A stretch of 64,000 nt of DNA, from contig CP120456.1 in NCBI GenBank assembly GCA_034226945.1, positions 558,001 to 622,000 of the forward strand, written 5' to 3'. Shown here one piece after another: positions 20,627 to 31,722 of this stretch; position 1 is the stretch's first letter, and every line of letters starts with the position of its first letter. A model generated the notes under the pieces. The model was not told where the DNA came from. It saw nothing but the letters and a program-made list of their open reading frames with translations, and made no database searches. The position numbers and the translations under genes were made by a program. The stretch comes from Picochlorum sp. SENEW3. Taxonomy: Eukaryota.

Positions 20627-22777
20627 CTATTCATTGACCCATTTTTGCTCTCTTCCACGTGCCAACATGTTTTCCCGGCATGCAACACCATCAGTCAACA
20701 TGGCCTCGACTGCCTTGGGGACATCCCGTTTCATGCTCTGACTTTCAAAGTGTGATTGCTTTGACCCACATTTAACGCATGCATCGGTTGGATATCTCAC
20801 CCCGAGTGTCCAAAACGTCTTGTTGCAATCACTGCATTTCCACCATCTCTTCTCTGTCACCACCTTTTTGAGAGCCCCTGGATGTTCTTTCATGCACTGT
20901 GGGTGTTTACTCGCCAGTGTGACGTTGCAAACAGAGCACTTCCATCCAGAGACCTTTAACTTCTTTATAGAGTCCATTTTCTCAGCCATGTCGTCTTTTT
21001 TCTCCAAAATCTCCAATGTTTGCATGAGCTCATTATCATGCCCTGCATCCACAACTTCCTTGTAGTTGCTGTGAACATGATTGTCCACGACTTTATCCTG
21101 CATTTCCTGTATAACATCTCCGAAGAGCTTTTCAAACGAACTTTTTTCGTGTACATCTAGCTTTTTCTGTACATTCTTCTGTACATTCTCGTGATGAGGA
21201 TCATGTTTCTGCGTATTCTTTCCAATGACCACCTCATCCCCATCAGATGGTACCACAGGCGAATCGCTCACATTGTCCATCATTGTTTTCCGTGTCTGCG
21301 CTTCCAACCCATATGTCAAGAAAGGAGCCTTTTGAGAACAATCCTCTGCAGCAGGGTCCTTCGACTGTCTGGATTTCTTCAAAATAGCTGCCGCTTGTGC
21401 CCGGGGAGGCAATGCAGAGGACAGTTCTGCAGCAAATGCACTCCCATCACTGCTCTCCAATCGAACTAAATTTGAATCATCACGTGAAACAAGACTTTTA
21501 CCGGCAAATGAGGTTATTCTTGGTCGCTTGGATTGCTCTGCTCTGTACTGAGCTATAGGGTCTCTACAAACCACACGAGGCATGTGCTTTTGTGGAATGG
21601 GTGCCGCTGACGTATCCTTCCCACTACTAGCATTTCTCTTCCTCATATCTTCTTCTCGTGCAACTTCCCAAGCTTTCCTTGGATCGGCGCATGTCACAAG
21701 ATATTTCGAACCCATTGATCCAGGCTTGGTTGACTTTTCTGCCACACGAGATAAATCCTTTGAAGAAGGCTTTGTATCATTCTTTAATGATGATGCTGCA
21801 CTGAAATCGCCCACGTTCCATTTCAAAGCAGGTCCTCGCTTAAACGCAGTCCTCAGGTTACCACCCTGGATTTCAAGCCGCTTGGAGCTAATCTTGTTAT
21901 AGGCCTTCTTCACATGATGAGAACAGTACGCACACTTGTTCACATTCACTGGAACCCTACATGGCTTGCCTTCCTTTGTTATCTCGGAACAATACCCAAA
22001 GTCTGCTGATTCACCCAAGATAAGAAGCTGTCTATAAGAATCCACGCTCAATGTGAAGGAACCTCCTGTAGACCTCTTCCTTGGAGATACAAGTGCAACA
22101 AGAGAACCAGGCCGAACATCATCCTTGTAGTCAACATATGCATCCCCAAAAACATACAATAAAACCAGAGCTTCATTCAAATCTGTCAATTTCCATACCA
22201 CATATGGAGTATTCTGTGAAGATGTTCTCACAACGGACATCTCCCCAACAACACCAATAGTACACCATTTGTGTGGAATTGTGTCCTGTGTCGCTCTACC
22301 CTTCAATTGATTCAACTTGACAAAGGCCGTATTCTCAAAAAATCCTTCCAATTGAGAGCTTGATACCAATGCATCTCTAATTTTCAGTCCAGAGTACTTG
22401 AACACCAAGGCACCCTGCCCAACGTCCTTGAATTTTCGAGGAGCATTCTTGGACACATACCCCTCCTTGCGCGCCTTCTTCGCCACCATCGCAGCCTTTC
22501 GTATTGCTAAACTCCCAATCCCATTAGAACCTGATCGTGACCCCAACACGCGCTCGATATCGTCGCGTGAGACCCTGTGTGCAACCCGTTCGTTGTCATT
22601 CTGGTTGTGGCGTGGAATGACATTTTCCTTCCTTGGCTCTGAGACCAATTGAGGAATCATTCCAGGCATTTCTTTTTCTTCTTCTTCTTTGCATCGAGTA
22701 TCATCTTCATTCGGGGCTCGATCATGCTCTTCCCTGTCGAGTGCGAAACACAAGGCATCCAGTGAATCGCCCTCCAT
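20627..22777 (-). CDS. MCM10: Minichromosome maintenance protein 10
   Basis: OB fold (WCTIGVV...WKLTDL...VFGDAY), CCCH finger (DFGYC...C...CAYCSHH) and C-terminal Zn motifs (CSVC, KRWWKCSDC, CVKC). Confidence 0.88.
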   Translation of the reverse strand: MEGDSLDALCFALDREEHDRAPNEDDTRCKEEEEKEMPGMIPQLVSEPRKENVIPRHNQNDNERVAHRVSRDDIERVLGSRSGSNGIGSLAIRKAAMVAKKARKEGYVSKNAPRKFKDVGQGALVFKYSGLKIRDALVSSSQLEGFFENTAFVKLNQLKGRATQDTIPHKWCTIGVVGEMSVVRTSSQNTPYVVWKLTDLNEALVLLYVFGDAYVDYKDDVRPGSLVALVSPRKRSTGGSFTLSVDSYRQLLILGESADFGYCSEITKEGKPCRVPVNVNKCAYCSHHVKKAYNKISSKRLEIQGGNLRTAFKRGPALKWNVGDFSAASSLKNDTKPSSKDLSRVAEKSTKPGSMGSKYLVTCADPRKAWEVAREEDMRKRNASSGKDTSAAPIPQKHMPRVVCRDPIAQYRAEQSKRPRITSFAGKSLVSRDDSNLVRLESSDGSAFAAELSSALPPRAQAAAILKKSRQSKDPAAEDCSQKAPFLTYGLEAQTRKTMMDNVSDSPVVPSDGDEVVIGKNTQKHDPHHENVQKNVQKKLDVHEKSSFEKLFGDVIQEMQDKVVDNHVHSNYKEVVDAGHDNELMQTLEILEKKDDMAEKMDSIKKLKVSGWKCSVCNVTLASKHPQCMKEHPGALKKVVTEKRWWKCSDCNKTFWTLGVRYPTDACVKCGSKQSHFESQSMKRDVPKAVEAMLTDGVACRENMLARGREQKWVNE

Positions 22778-23006
22778 TCCACGAGTATTATTGTCTATCT
22801 ACCCAATTATCTATATATATTCCTATTACATACTTTATATTTGTGTAAATATTGAATTTGAAACTGACTTTTTGACAGGACGGTGGTTGTTGATATTTGA
22901 ATTCTTCCTTGTCTTGAGGAGATTACAACAAGCACCACACATCATCCTGGTGGTCTTTTTTTCTGCTACTTTCAATACTCTTATGATGCAATCACGGATA
23001 CTAGGT

Positions 23007-24055
23007 TTAGATGAAGAGTTGTGCCATCATTATTAAACTTACTGCTACGAATGGCAGGGTCCTGTATCCAGAAGAAGAAGGAGAAGAACTAGTATCATCA
23101 GTGGTGATATCACCAGGACTGGTGCTAGCAGGCGTGGATGTTGCAGGGCTAGAAGGAGCTGCACCACCCTTGGCACAAATAGCTACTGAATTGCGAACAG
23201 ATTCAGAGGATGATGGCCTTGGAAGCGATATGAAATCTGGCTCTTCATCATCTTCCCTCTGACACGTGTCCTCTGCAAACTCACTTTGCACAGTACACGT
23301 TCCGCCGCCAGAGTACTCCAATTCTCCATTGCCTGTTTGGCTCCCAGAAATCACAGTCTGGGCAGAGCCACCAATGAATGCATCACCATTGCCTTCAAGC
23401 TTCACATTCGCATTTCCAGTGAGACCAAATATGTCAAAATCCCCGTTTCCACTCAGAGTCAAATCCAGAGATCCAAAAGATCCCACCAACTCAACATCTC
23501 CATTGTCTTCCACTCGCACTGTGATTGTATCTGAAACAGCCAAGTCAGCTTCAACATCCCCATTACCTGAATTGACTATCTGGAACGAAGGACTGGTGAA
23601 TCCGTCGACCAGGTACACATCTCCATTTCCTGAAACTGTTAGATCCTTGATAGCGTCCTTTGGAGCCGAGATGATGGCCACCACGTCTCCGTTATCTGAC
23701 TGGGCAGCTTTCGGCGACTGCACATACAGCACCCCATCTTCCACCACTACATACACGCATATTGTTTTATAGTAACATTCACTCATGTAGATGATACACT
23801 CTAAAAGATGCAATCTTTATGGAGATTGGTGCGACTCTCGAGGGGTCACGTGTGCCGCGTACCTGCTTCGACAGTATCAAACAGCTCTTGGTTCCCTTGC
23901 ACAACCATGGAATAACTGGAATCTGATGATGGCTGAAAACCGACATCACTGTTGGCACAAACAACAACAGATGTGAAGGGTTGGAGGACTTGCTGGCAGT
24001 GCCCGAAAGCAACCAACAGGCACACAACGAGTGCACGAAGAGCGAGGGAAATCAT
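23007..24055 (-). CDS. Secreted, probably GPI-anchored protein with a GIN/DUF2807-like beta-helix; intron 23747-23862
   Basis: Signal peptide, VVEDGVLYV, repeated (S/D/E/T)GNGD-type units, Ser/Thr/Pro stalk, hydrophobic C-terminal tail. Confidence 0.75.
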
Positions 24056-24320
24056 CTAATTGTTACGAGCAAGATGGCACGAAATTCTTTGAATGGTATC
24101 TATATAGATTTTGATTGAGAATGGGTCACGTTTTTACGACATCATCTCTTGCCATGACATGAGAGAAAATCTCTGTGTTTTTCGAATTCGAAGAAGGGAA
24201 ATCGCCCATCGACCCCATCGCGTGACAGGAAGAGAGAGAAAAGCAATTCTATTCGCCATCACCAACATTCGCCCATCGTATGTTGTGTTCAGAACCAAAA
24301 CTGATACTAATGTCACATTG

Positions 24321-24941
24321 ATGAGTGAGAAGCTGTCAGAGCGAGAAGAGCAGGACATTTTGAATGCCATTGTGGAATTCATTCAAGCAGCTGTGCACTC
24401 GGTTCTCTATTACAGGTCTATATATCCGAGAGAATCCTTTGAACGATGTCGATTATATGGTATTGTGGTTTTTAGGAACAGACACCCGGATGTGGTTCGA
24501 TATGTAGAAGAATCAGTGCAACACATCCTTGGTCCTCTGCGGGAAAAGAGGCTGGTGGAGTTTCAAATCCCAGTACTATACCTCCACAATGATGAGCGTA
24601 TTGTGGAGCAGAGAGTTCGAGAGAGGTTTAGAATTATGTTTCTGGATCCACGTGGTGGTGATGGCGGTGATATGACACGCGATGATTGGTATAGAGTGTT
24701 TGATGACTGCAAAGCAACACTGATGCGGTTGCAAGCATTGTCATCTTCTGACATGATGCCAGAGGCGGTTGTAGGGCAGTCAAGCTTTCGATTGAACCTT
24801 ATAGTACGAGGAAGGGAGGGCATGGAGGAGTTGATGTGTGTTGATGGTGTATCGACAGAGGATGGGAGCATCACGCTGCCTCTGAGAACTGTGCAGCTCC
24901 CCATGTGCAGCATGGTGTGTATGATTGATATTACATCCTAG
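24321..24941 (+). CDS. REV7: HORMA-domain protein, DNA polymerase zeta subunit REV7/MAD2L2
   Basis: EFIQAAVHSVLYYRSIYPRESFERCRLYGIVVFRNRHPDVVRYV. Confidence 0.85.
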   Translation: MSEKLSEREEQDILNAIVEFIQAAVHSVLYYRSIYPRESFERCRLYGIVVFRNRHPDVVRYVEESVQHILGPLREKRLVEFQIPVLYLHNDERIVEQRVRERFRIMFLDPRGGDGGDMTRDDWYRVFDDCKATLMRLQALSSSDMMPEAVVGQSSFRLNLIVRGREGMEELMCVDGVSTEDGSITLPLRTVQLPMCSMVCMIDITS

Positions 24942-25037
24942 CATTGTGTTTGTATCACACATGAAAAACTCAATAAAAAGGTACTTTTGAGACCACAGAA
25001 TAACTTCATACGAAAGCATATACGGTATTATTTTATT

Positions 25038-25949
25038 CTAAAACAATAACAGACACATGATGACAAAAGAGCCCAGCATCAATAGCAATCTGGACAGAAA
25101 GGCCTGATGCTGCTGCTCAGGTGTCAAGTGATCCTGATAGGTCGCCCCAGAACTGAATCCGAAAATCGAAGGAAACACGCCAGACTGACCCCCACCGACA
25201 ATCAGACCATTCCTATTATCCACTGGCTGTGGCCGTTGCCCAGTTGGCCGAGATGGCACAACAGTCTCCATCTTTTTGGCCCTGGGATCTTCATTCCCAC
25301 CTCTTCCATAGACTGGAATCACTTTATCTCGGTCCACGCCTGCCTTGCACACAGGACATGTCCTATAATTATTCTGCACCTGAAGCCATTTGTATAAACA
25401 CGGCCAGCAATACAAGTGGCCACACAGTGTCACCACTGGTTCTGAAGCAAGCTCATAACAAATGTTGCAGCTAAACATAACCTGCTCCTCTGTCTCTCCC
25501 TCATTCTTACTCTTCTGCGTTGGTTCCACACTATCTGCAACCTGCTCCACTGATGCATCCCTCTGAAGCCTTTTATGAACCTGCATCCTTCGACCCTCCC
25601 CGCTGGGCTGTTGAATGATACTCCGCCCTGACGGTTTTCTACCACCACGCGTGGTCGCCATCTCCCTCCTCATACTACTGCCCGGCGGCCGCACCATATC
25701 ATTTCCTTCTTCTTCCCTTCCATTATGAGCACACTCACAACGCTGATTGATGTCCAAATCAGTAGCGAAGCAGTCGCCCTCGAAAGGGACATCGCCTTCT
25801 TCACTCTCACTACAACTAGCGCCTTGGTACTCCAAGTTCATCTCTTCTTGGTTCCCAGAAAAACGACGAATTAGGGCACCCCTCCTCCTACCTTGTCGTC
25901 GGGAAGGAACCTCGACGACGTTGCTGTTGTCTTGAGTGACCGACGACAT
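25038..25949 (-). CDS. RING-HC E3 ligase of the RMA1/RNF5/RNF185 family
   Basis: FSCNICYELASEPVVTLCGHLYCWPCLYKW...CPVCK...VIPVYGRG, plus a C-terminal TM anchor. Confidence 0.92.
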   Translation of the reverse strand: MSSVTQDNSNVVEVPSRRQGRRRGALIRRFSGNQEEMNLEYQGASCSESEEGDVPFEGDCFATDLDINQRCECAHNGREEEGNDMVRPPGSSMRREMATTRGGRKPSGRSIIQQPSGEGRRMQVHKRLQRDASVEQVADSVEPTQKSKNEGETEEQVMFSCNICYELASEPVVTLCGHLYCWPCLYKWLQVQNNYRTCPVCKAGVDRDKVIPVYGRGGNEDPRAKKMETVVPSRPTGQRPQPVDNRNGLIVGGGQSGVFPSIFGFSSGATYQDHLTPEQQHQAFLSRLLLMLGSFVIMCLLLF

Positions 25950-26213
25950 GTGTCCTATTCTTTGAATACGAACACGGTTACTACCTTTTTACGATTCTTG
26001 AATACACAAATAGTACTGAAAAGATGGTATACATATTAGGTGGGATGGGGGTATGGGTGATTTGGTTCGTGTGCGAGCATGCCCGCGCTTAGTTTCTATA
26101 TATCTATTTACAGAGCAAGGTGTGACCAGAGGACTCTTGCCTTCGCCTATTCCACGCTCTTTCATCCAAAAGAAATATATTTCATGTAACTGGGGATCCT
26201 GTGACTGCATCCA

Positions 26214-26804
26214 ATGATGAGAAACGCGTGCTTGGGTGCACCTGTCAACAAGAGTGGTCTGCAGAGAAGAGTTTGTCCAAAGCAACACGCATTTTCTTAC
26301 ATAAAGACACATGGATATAGAAAGAGACAGCATCATATATTGAATGCGACGAGGAGGACCACTGGTGTGGTGGTGGTAGATCATGGCTCCAAGAGGGCAC
26401 TAGCAAATGACATGTTGGATGGGGTCGTTGATCTGTATAAAACATTGATAGAAGAGGACATGATGGAGGAGGGTTCGACAGAGAGGGATATTGTTGCGGT
26501 ACAGAAGGCTCATATGGAAATTGCTCGGCCTTCCATCCTGGATGCTGTGCGTGTGTGTGTGCAAGAGTATGGGGCACAGGACATTGTTGTGGCGCCATAT
26601 TTTCTATCAAAGGGGAGGCATATACAGGAGGATATTCCTTATTTGGTGAAGGAGGCTGAGGCAATTGTCAGAGAGGAAAGTGGGCTGGAGGTGGCGTGTG
26701 TTGTGGCGGAGCCTCTTGGGGTTGATAGGGATGTTGTCGAGGTTGTCAAGCGACGTGTAGATTCGTGTCTTGATAACAAAACAGATTATCAGAAGCTACT
26801 CTGA
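26214..26804 (+). CDS. SIRB: Sirohydrochlorin ferrochelatase (CbiX family), probably plastid-targeted
   Basis: GVVVVDHGSK, AHMEIARPSI and PYFLSKGRHIQEDIP motifs. Confidence 0.9.
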   Translation: MMRNACLGAPVNKSGLQRRVCPKQHAFSYIKTHGYRKRQHHILNATRRTTGVVVVDHGSKRALANDMLDGVVDLYKTLIEEDMMEEGSTERDIVAVQKAHMEIARPSILDAVRVCVQEYGAQDIVVAPYFLSKGRHIQEDIPYLVKEAEAIVREESGLEVACVVAEPLGVDRDVVEVVKRRVDSCLDNKTDYQKLL

Positions 26805-27152
26805 TGATCACATTATATCTAATATATATTGTTGTGAAAGGGAGGAGATTTTCCATCTCCATGCCGGCGTTTGGTAGCATACAAACACCAAGAGCAGCCT
26901 TTTCTTGGAGCAACAATTTTTCTGCTGCCGATGCTGCTCTTTTTCCTTTTGACCTGTTTCATCTCTCTCTCCAAATTCAATGTGAGAAGGAGATTCACTG
27001 AGACTGTGTATAGTATATTTACGTTCATAGTAGTAGTAACCACTGTCATGAAACTAGTAGTATGTGTGTGTGCCAATGCAAAATTATCTGGAAATGAATT
27101 GAAACCTCTGCCATCTGCTGAGAAAAAATTAATACCTCTCTTCCGAATTTAC

Positions 27153-27867
27153 TTACGGCTTTGTCTCTGAAACAACAACTTTATGCACGCCATCTGATGT
27201 TGTGAATGTGCCCTGTGCACTTGCGGCGTGTGATGACGTCCCTGTTGGTCCCTTGGAATTAGCTTTTCCGTCCACAGAGGTTGTTGCTGACCCCGGCGTG
27301 TCAGTCTCCAGGGAAGCTGTCGCTGATGCCGAATGCACCACGTATGATGTTGTCCCATCATCATTTAATTTCAGTGCAGAATACCCAGAGGTACTCGACG
27401 AGCTGGATGCGGAGCCCTCTTCTACCTCTGCAATGACCAAAACTGGCATTAGTCGGCCTGATCAGTTTATAATCATGGTCACATCATGTCATACCTGATG
27501 ATGCTGAGGCCTCACCGGTGACCACAGTATTACCATCTCCATCCGATACTATTTTAGAAAAGGAAATTGCTGATACGGTCGAGGCTCCTTGCGCTTGTAC
27601 ATCTGCATTGGATGTCTGTGCAGCGTCACTCTGCAGACCTCTCGTACCATGGGCATGCATGCCCAGAGGGCGTGCAATAGAGCCCTGTGCCCTGCAACAG
27701 CATAGTGCGCTGGTTAGATACGCCATAACATTGTAAAATAATTATAAAGTGGAACTAGTATGTCCAATTCCTGTCGCTTTCATCCAACGACTCGAAGAAG
27801 CTTCTCTGCTCAAGCAGACATACCCTAGAAAGACATAGAAGAGTGCGAGTATGAGATGTAGCATCAT
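27153..27867 (-). CDS. Secreted Ser/Thr/Ala/Gly-rich hypothetical protein; introns approx. 27692-27823 and 27428-27494
   Basis: A signal exon (MMLHLILALFYVFLG) splices in frame to AQGSIARP..., and the second intron is also in frame. The 3' end may include another exon. Confidence 0.55.
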
Positions 27868-28135
27868 TTGAACTATTTACAAAGCATTGATAAATGAAGA
27901 TAGACGTAAGTAATTATACAATCTAATGAAATTTGATTACTGTGCTGACGAAGTGCGCGGAAGATTTCATCGGGGCACCAAAATCGCTGAATTTCTTGGA
28001 TCGCTATTCTTGGAATGTTCCAGCGATCGCCGACTCGCGAGTCGGACGGTTGTCAGACTGAAGGCGCGGGTAGCCTCGAGTCGCACAGAGACGTATGATC
28101 TTCTCATATTAATGTATGGATAACAATATATCGGA

Positions 28136-31100
28136 TCATGCACGATCAATAATTTCTTCTGACTCATAATCCAAACTACCATCATCAATGAAGGAGTCGT
28201 GCAGGTCGTACTCGTCAGGAGTGTTTCTAAAGGTTTCCTGTGTACCCTGTGCGATGCCTTGCTTCCTCGCTCGGAGCAAATCCATAAGTTTATTGGGGGT
28301 TGGGCTCTGCGTTTCTTTGTTGACGTGCCACTGTGGAAGCGAGGATGGTCTGGCTCCCTGTGGTGTACTGTCATTGATGAAATCAGAGTCCCACTGGTCC
28401 ATGCCATCATCATCCCCTGAGAGAGCGTCGCTCTCGCTGCCCGAATGCTCAGCTTCGTTATCAATAAGACCCGCAGCAATCTTTTTCGGTTTGTTTCCAT
28501 CGTGAAATGGCGATCCAGCGACCTTCTTCTTTTTCTTCCTCCTTGGTTTCTTCTCTTCCTCCTCGGGGAGACCATCTCGTGCCCTCTGAAGCCTCCCCAG
28601 CTTTGAAGGCTTTAGCTTGCACGCAGACATGGGAGATTTTCCAATCTTTTCTACAAGACTGAGAGCTTCTAATGATAATGGGGATGATTCTCTATTATTC
28701 TGCGGAGACTGGCTGTCTAGTAAATAGTTGTTCCTTTTTCTTGCTCCCATCACCATGGGTGATGTATTGCTGCAGGAGACTGTTTCAGGCTTTTGGCCAC
28801 TGATACCATGCGACGCCGGTGATATTAGATTCACAACACTTTCTGCAGAGCGAATGTCTTTCTTTCCGGTCTTGTCTTGACCTTGAGCCGAGGACATTGC
28901 TTTCCGGATTTGTTCTAGTTGTACAGCCAATGGAGTATTCTCATCTGTGTTGACTGTCCTAGTAGAAGCTTTCCCTGGTGTCGCATGCATATCATCGATT
29001 TCGATATGCGCTAATTTGGGGGTGAATTCTCTGGGAAGCATGCGTGAAACATTTGTATTCAATGAAAAGTATCTGTCAGCTTCTTTCAGTTGTGCATGCA
29101 ACTTTTTCATTGCTTGGGCAGACTTGTTGAACCGCTCCTCTTCTTGCCCAGCCGTGACCAAATAAATTACTTTACCGTCACCGTGTCTTCCGGTTCTTCC
29201 CTGCCGTTGAAGCGCCCTTGTAGGGGATGAGATTGCATCAAAACAAATGATGAGATCCACATTTGGAATATCCAAGCCTTCTTCTCCAATGCATGTTGCC
29301 ACAAGAACGTTGCACTCTCCCGACGAAAAGTCGGCAAGTACTTGCTTTTGTTCTTTTTGCTTCATGCCTGGAGCTCCTTTTCGACTCCCACCTCCTTGTC
29401 CAATAAAACTTTTTGCTCGAACTCTTGGTGCCATGGGTGCAAGCGCATCCGTTATTGCTGCCACACCATCTCTCAGTGTGGCGAATATAATTGCTCTTTC
29501 GATTTTTTGACCATTCTTGGAAGTGAAACTTGAGTCCAAGATTTGCTTTAATTTCTGAATCTTTGGGTTTGGTCCTCCCTGCCGAACAGCTTTTTCCAAG
29601 CTCGTCACAAAATTTGAGAACTGTGGATCCTTTGAATACAGAGCCTTGAGAGATTTTTCCTCGCGCAATTTACTCTGTAGGAAATCCAATGCAGCCTTGG
29701 GACCGTAGCCGTCTAACTGATCCCGTACATCTGCCAAGATTGAGGCCTGGGTAAACTGCTGGATCACGTGCCAGGATCCTCCTTTGTAACTCTTGCGAGC
29801 CTGCTGCATACCAAACCTCGTTATTCGCTCGGCATCTGCTACTCCATAATAGTGCCCTTTTCCTGATAAATCTCCCACAATGAGTTGTAAGGATGCCATG
29901 AGCGTACTTCTGCAGGCATTTCCAACATACTCTGGATTGACAACATGAGTCTCCGATTCCTTCTTGTGGACGTATGGAGCAACATCCCTGTCAGTTTCGT
30001 CCTTGAACACCACAGTATTTATACCAAGAGAATTGATCACTTCTTGAACTTGCTCTTGGGAACTGCCAGGAGTCGCTGATAACCCTAGAACTCTAAATTT
30101 GGACTTTTTTACTTGTCTCATGTGTTTGAGTGCCTGTACGACATCAGCTTGACCTGTAGCCCTATGGCATTCGTCGACAACAATGCAAGATACAAGCTCA
30201 TATGGGCATATACCCCTTTTGACATCATTCCAAAATGTTTGAGGAGTACAAAAATAGGCTTTGACATTTGGGTCGACCCATGAGCCCCTTCTTTCTTCAC
30301 CTTTTGCTTTTCCAGTCATTTCAGATGTCAAAGACTTGTGAAGACCCATGAAAGCCTGGCACGCTTTCATTTGCTGCGACACCAGTGGTTTTGTAGGAGC
30401 AATAAATACTACTTTACTCTGCACAGCGTGACAAAAAAAAATGTGAGAGACGAACACAAAAGAAGAGCCCTATATGCTGGTACGCACCTTTGGGAACCAT
30501 CTGACAAAATTATGCATAACAACTGCAGCTATTAATGTTTTCCCCAACCCAGTTGGATAACAGACAAGTGTATTCGATAAGAGCGCTCTAGATATTGCGT
30601 GAAGCTGATATCTGCGCTCAGGAATATGAGAAGGATAAATCCAATGCTGTGCTGCATTTCTACAAACTTGGAGCCCTCCTGTTGTCGTGCTGCATGCCAT
30701 TAGATTCTGCTCGATATCAGAAGGAATCACTTCTCTCTTTTCATAATACCAATCCTCATATAGCTCCACTTCTTCATCGCTATCAGATGTCTCATACCAT
30801 GGACGACAGGATTGTCCATTATTATTATCCTCAACCATATTTTGGGCCTGTGCAGTCTCCCTTTGAGCATCCTCCGCAGGACAAGCATTCCTCACAGATA
30901 ATACTGGATTTTCCTGTAAATACCGATCACAGTGGTCGACAGCCCTCGAAGAATTTTCCTGCAATGCCATACTGATAGCACCAGTGTTCAGCACATTCTC
31001 AGCCTCAGGAGCATTTGTCTCGGGCTTTTCCCATAAAGATCCACTTGCTGGCCTCCACATTGGCTGATGCGCTGGTTTCCATGAGTTTTTAGACTGTACA

Positions 31101-31480
31101 ACACCGATAGCCTGCTGCACAGACTGATGGACATTATGTGCCGTCTGAAACTTCTCCTGAGGTGGCCCATCACACCCGCGTACATGCTTCACATGTCCCT
31201 CAAGACATTTGTCATCACTCTTTGCGCGAACAATATTGCTCGTATCCGCCAAGCCCCCATTCTGAAACAAGTGACCCCACAGGGACCCTGAACTGTTCTG
31301 GTTACCAACAACTCCCTTGGAGATATTGGGGTGCACCCCGTCCCGCCCAGACACTGTACATTCACGAGCGCATATGTTTTCTTTATTCTGATTAGCCCTG
31401 TGCTCGGTCTGTATCCTCCTCTCAGACAGAGCCTGTTGCTCGAGCATGTCGATCTCCGCGAGATCAAAGTCCTGCGTCAT
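28136..31480 (-). CDS. FANCM: FANCM/Mph1 DEAH helicase; intron 30419-30487
   Basis: NTLVCYPTGLGKT, APTKPLVSQQ, VDECHRATG, LGLSATPG, ATCIGEEGLDI and QRQGRTGR motifs. Confidence 0.93.
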
Positions 31481-31722
31481 ACAAACCCTCTGTGACTGTT
31501 CTTGAACGACATTTATAGCTACAATAGCGCCCATGAATGCAATATACGTACGAAATCGTCGTCCATTCGATGTATAGTGTGTCTCAACTAACGAATGTTG
31601 TTGAAGGCTTACGAGTCCATACGTTGATACTCTGTGACCCAATTATCAACGTTTTATACTCCGAAATGGAAACATTTTATTAAAAAGTGAATTATGTAAC
31701 ACTATTATTCAGAGGAGAGGGG

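Noticed and set aside
27890..27950. Possible second C/D snoRNA (ATGAAGA...CTGA)
   Set aside because: Too short, no terminal stem, and no rRNA complementarity that I can recognise.
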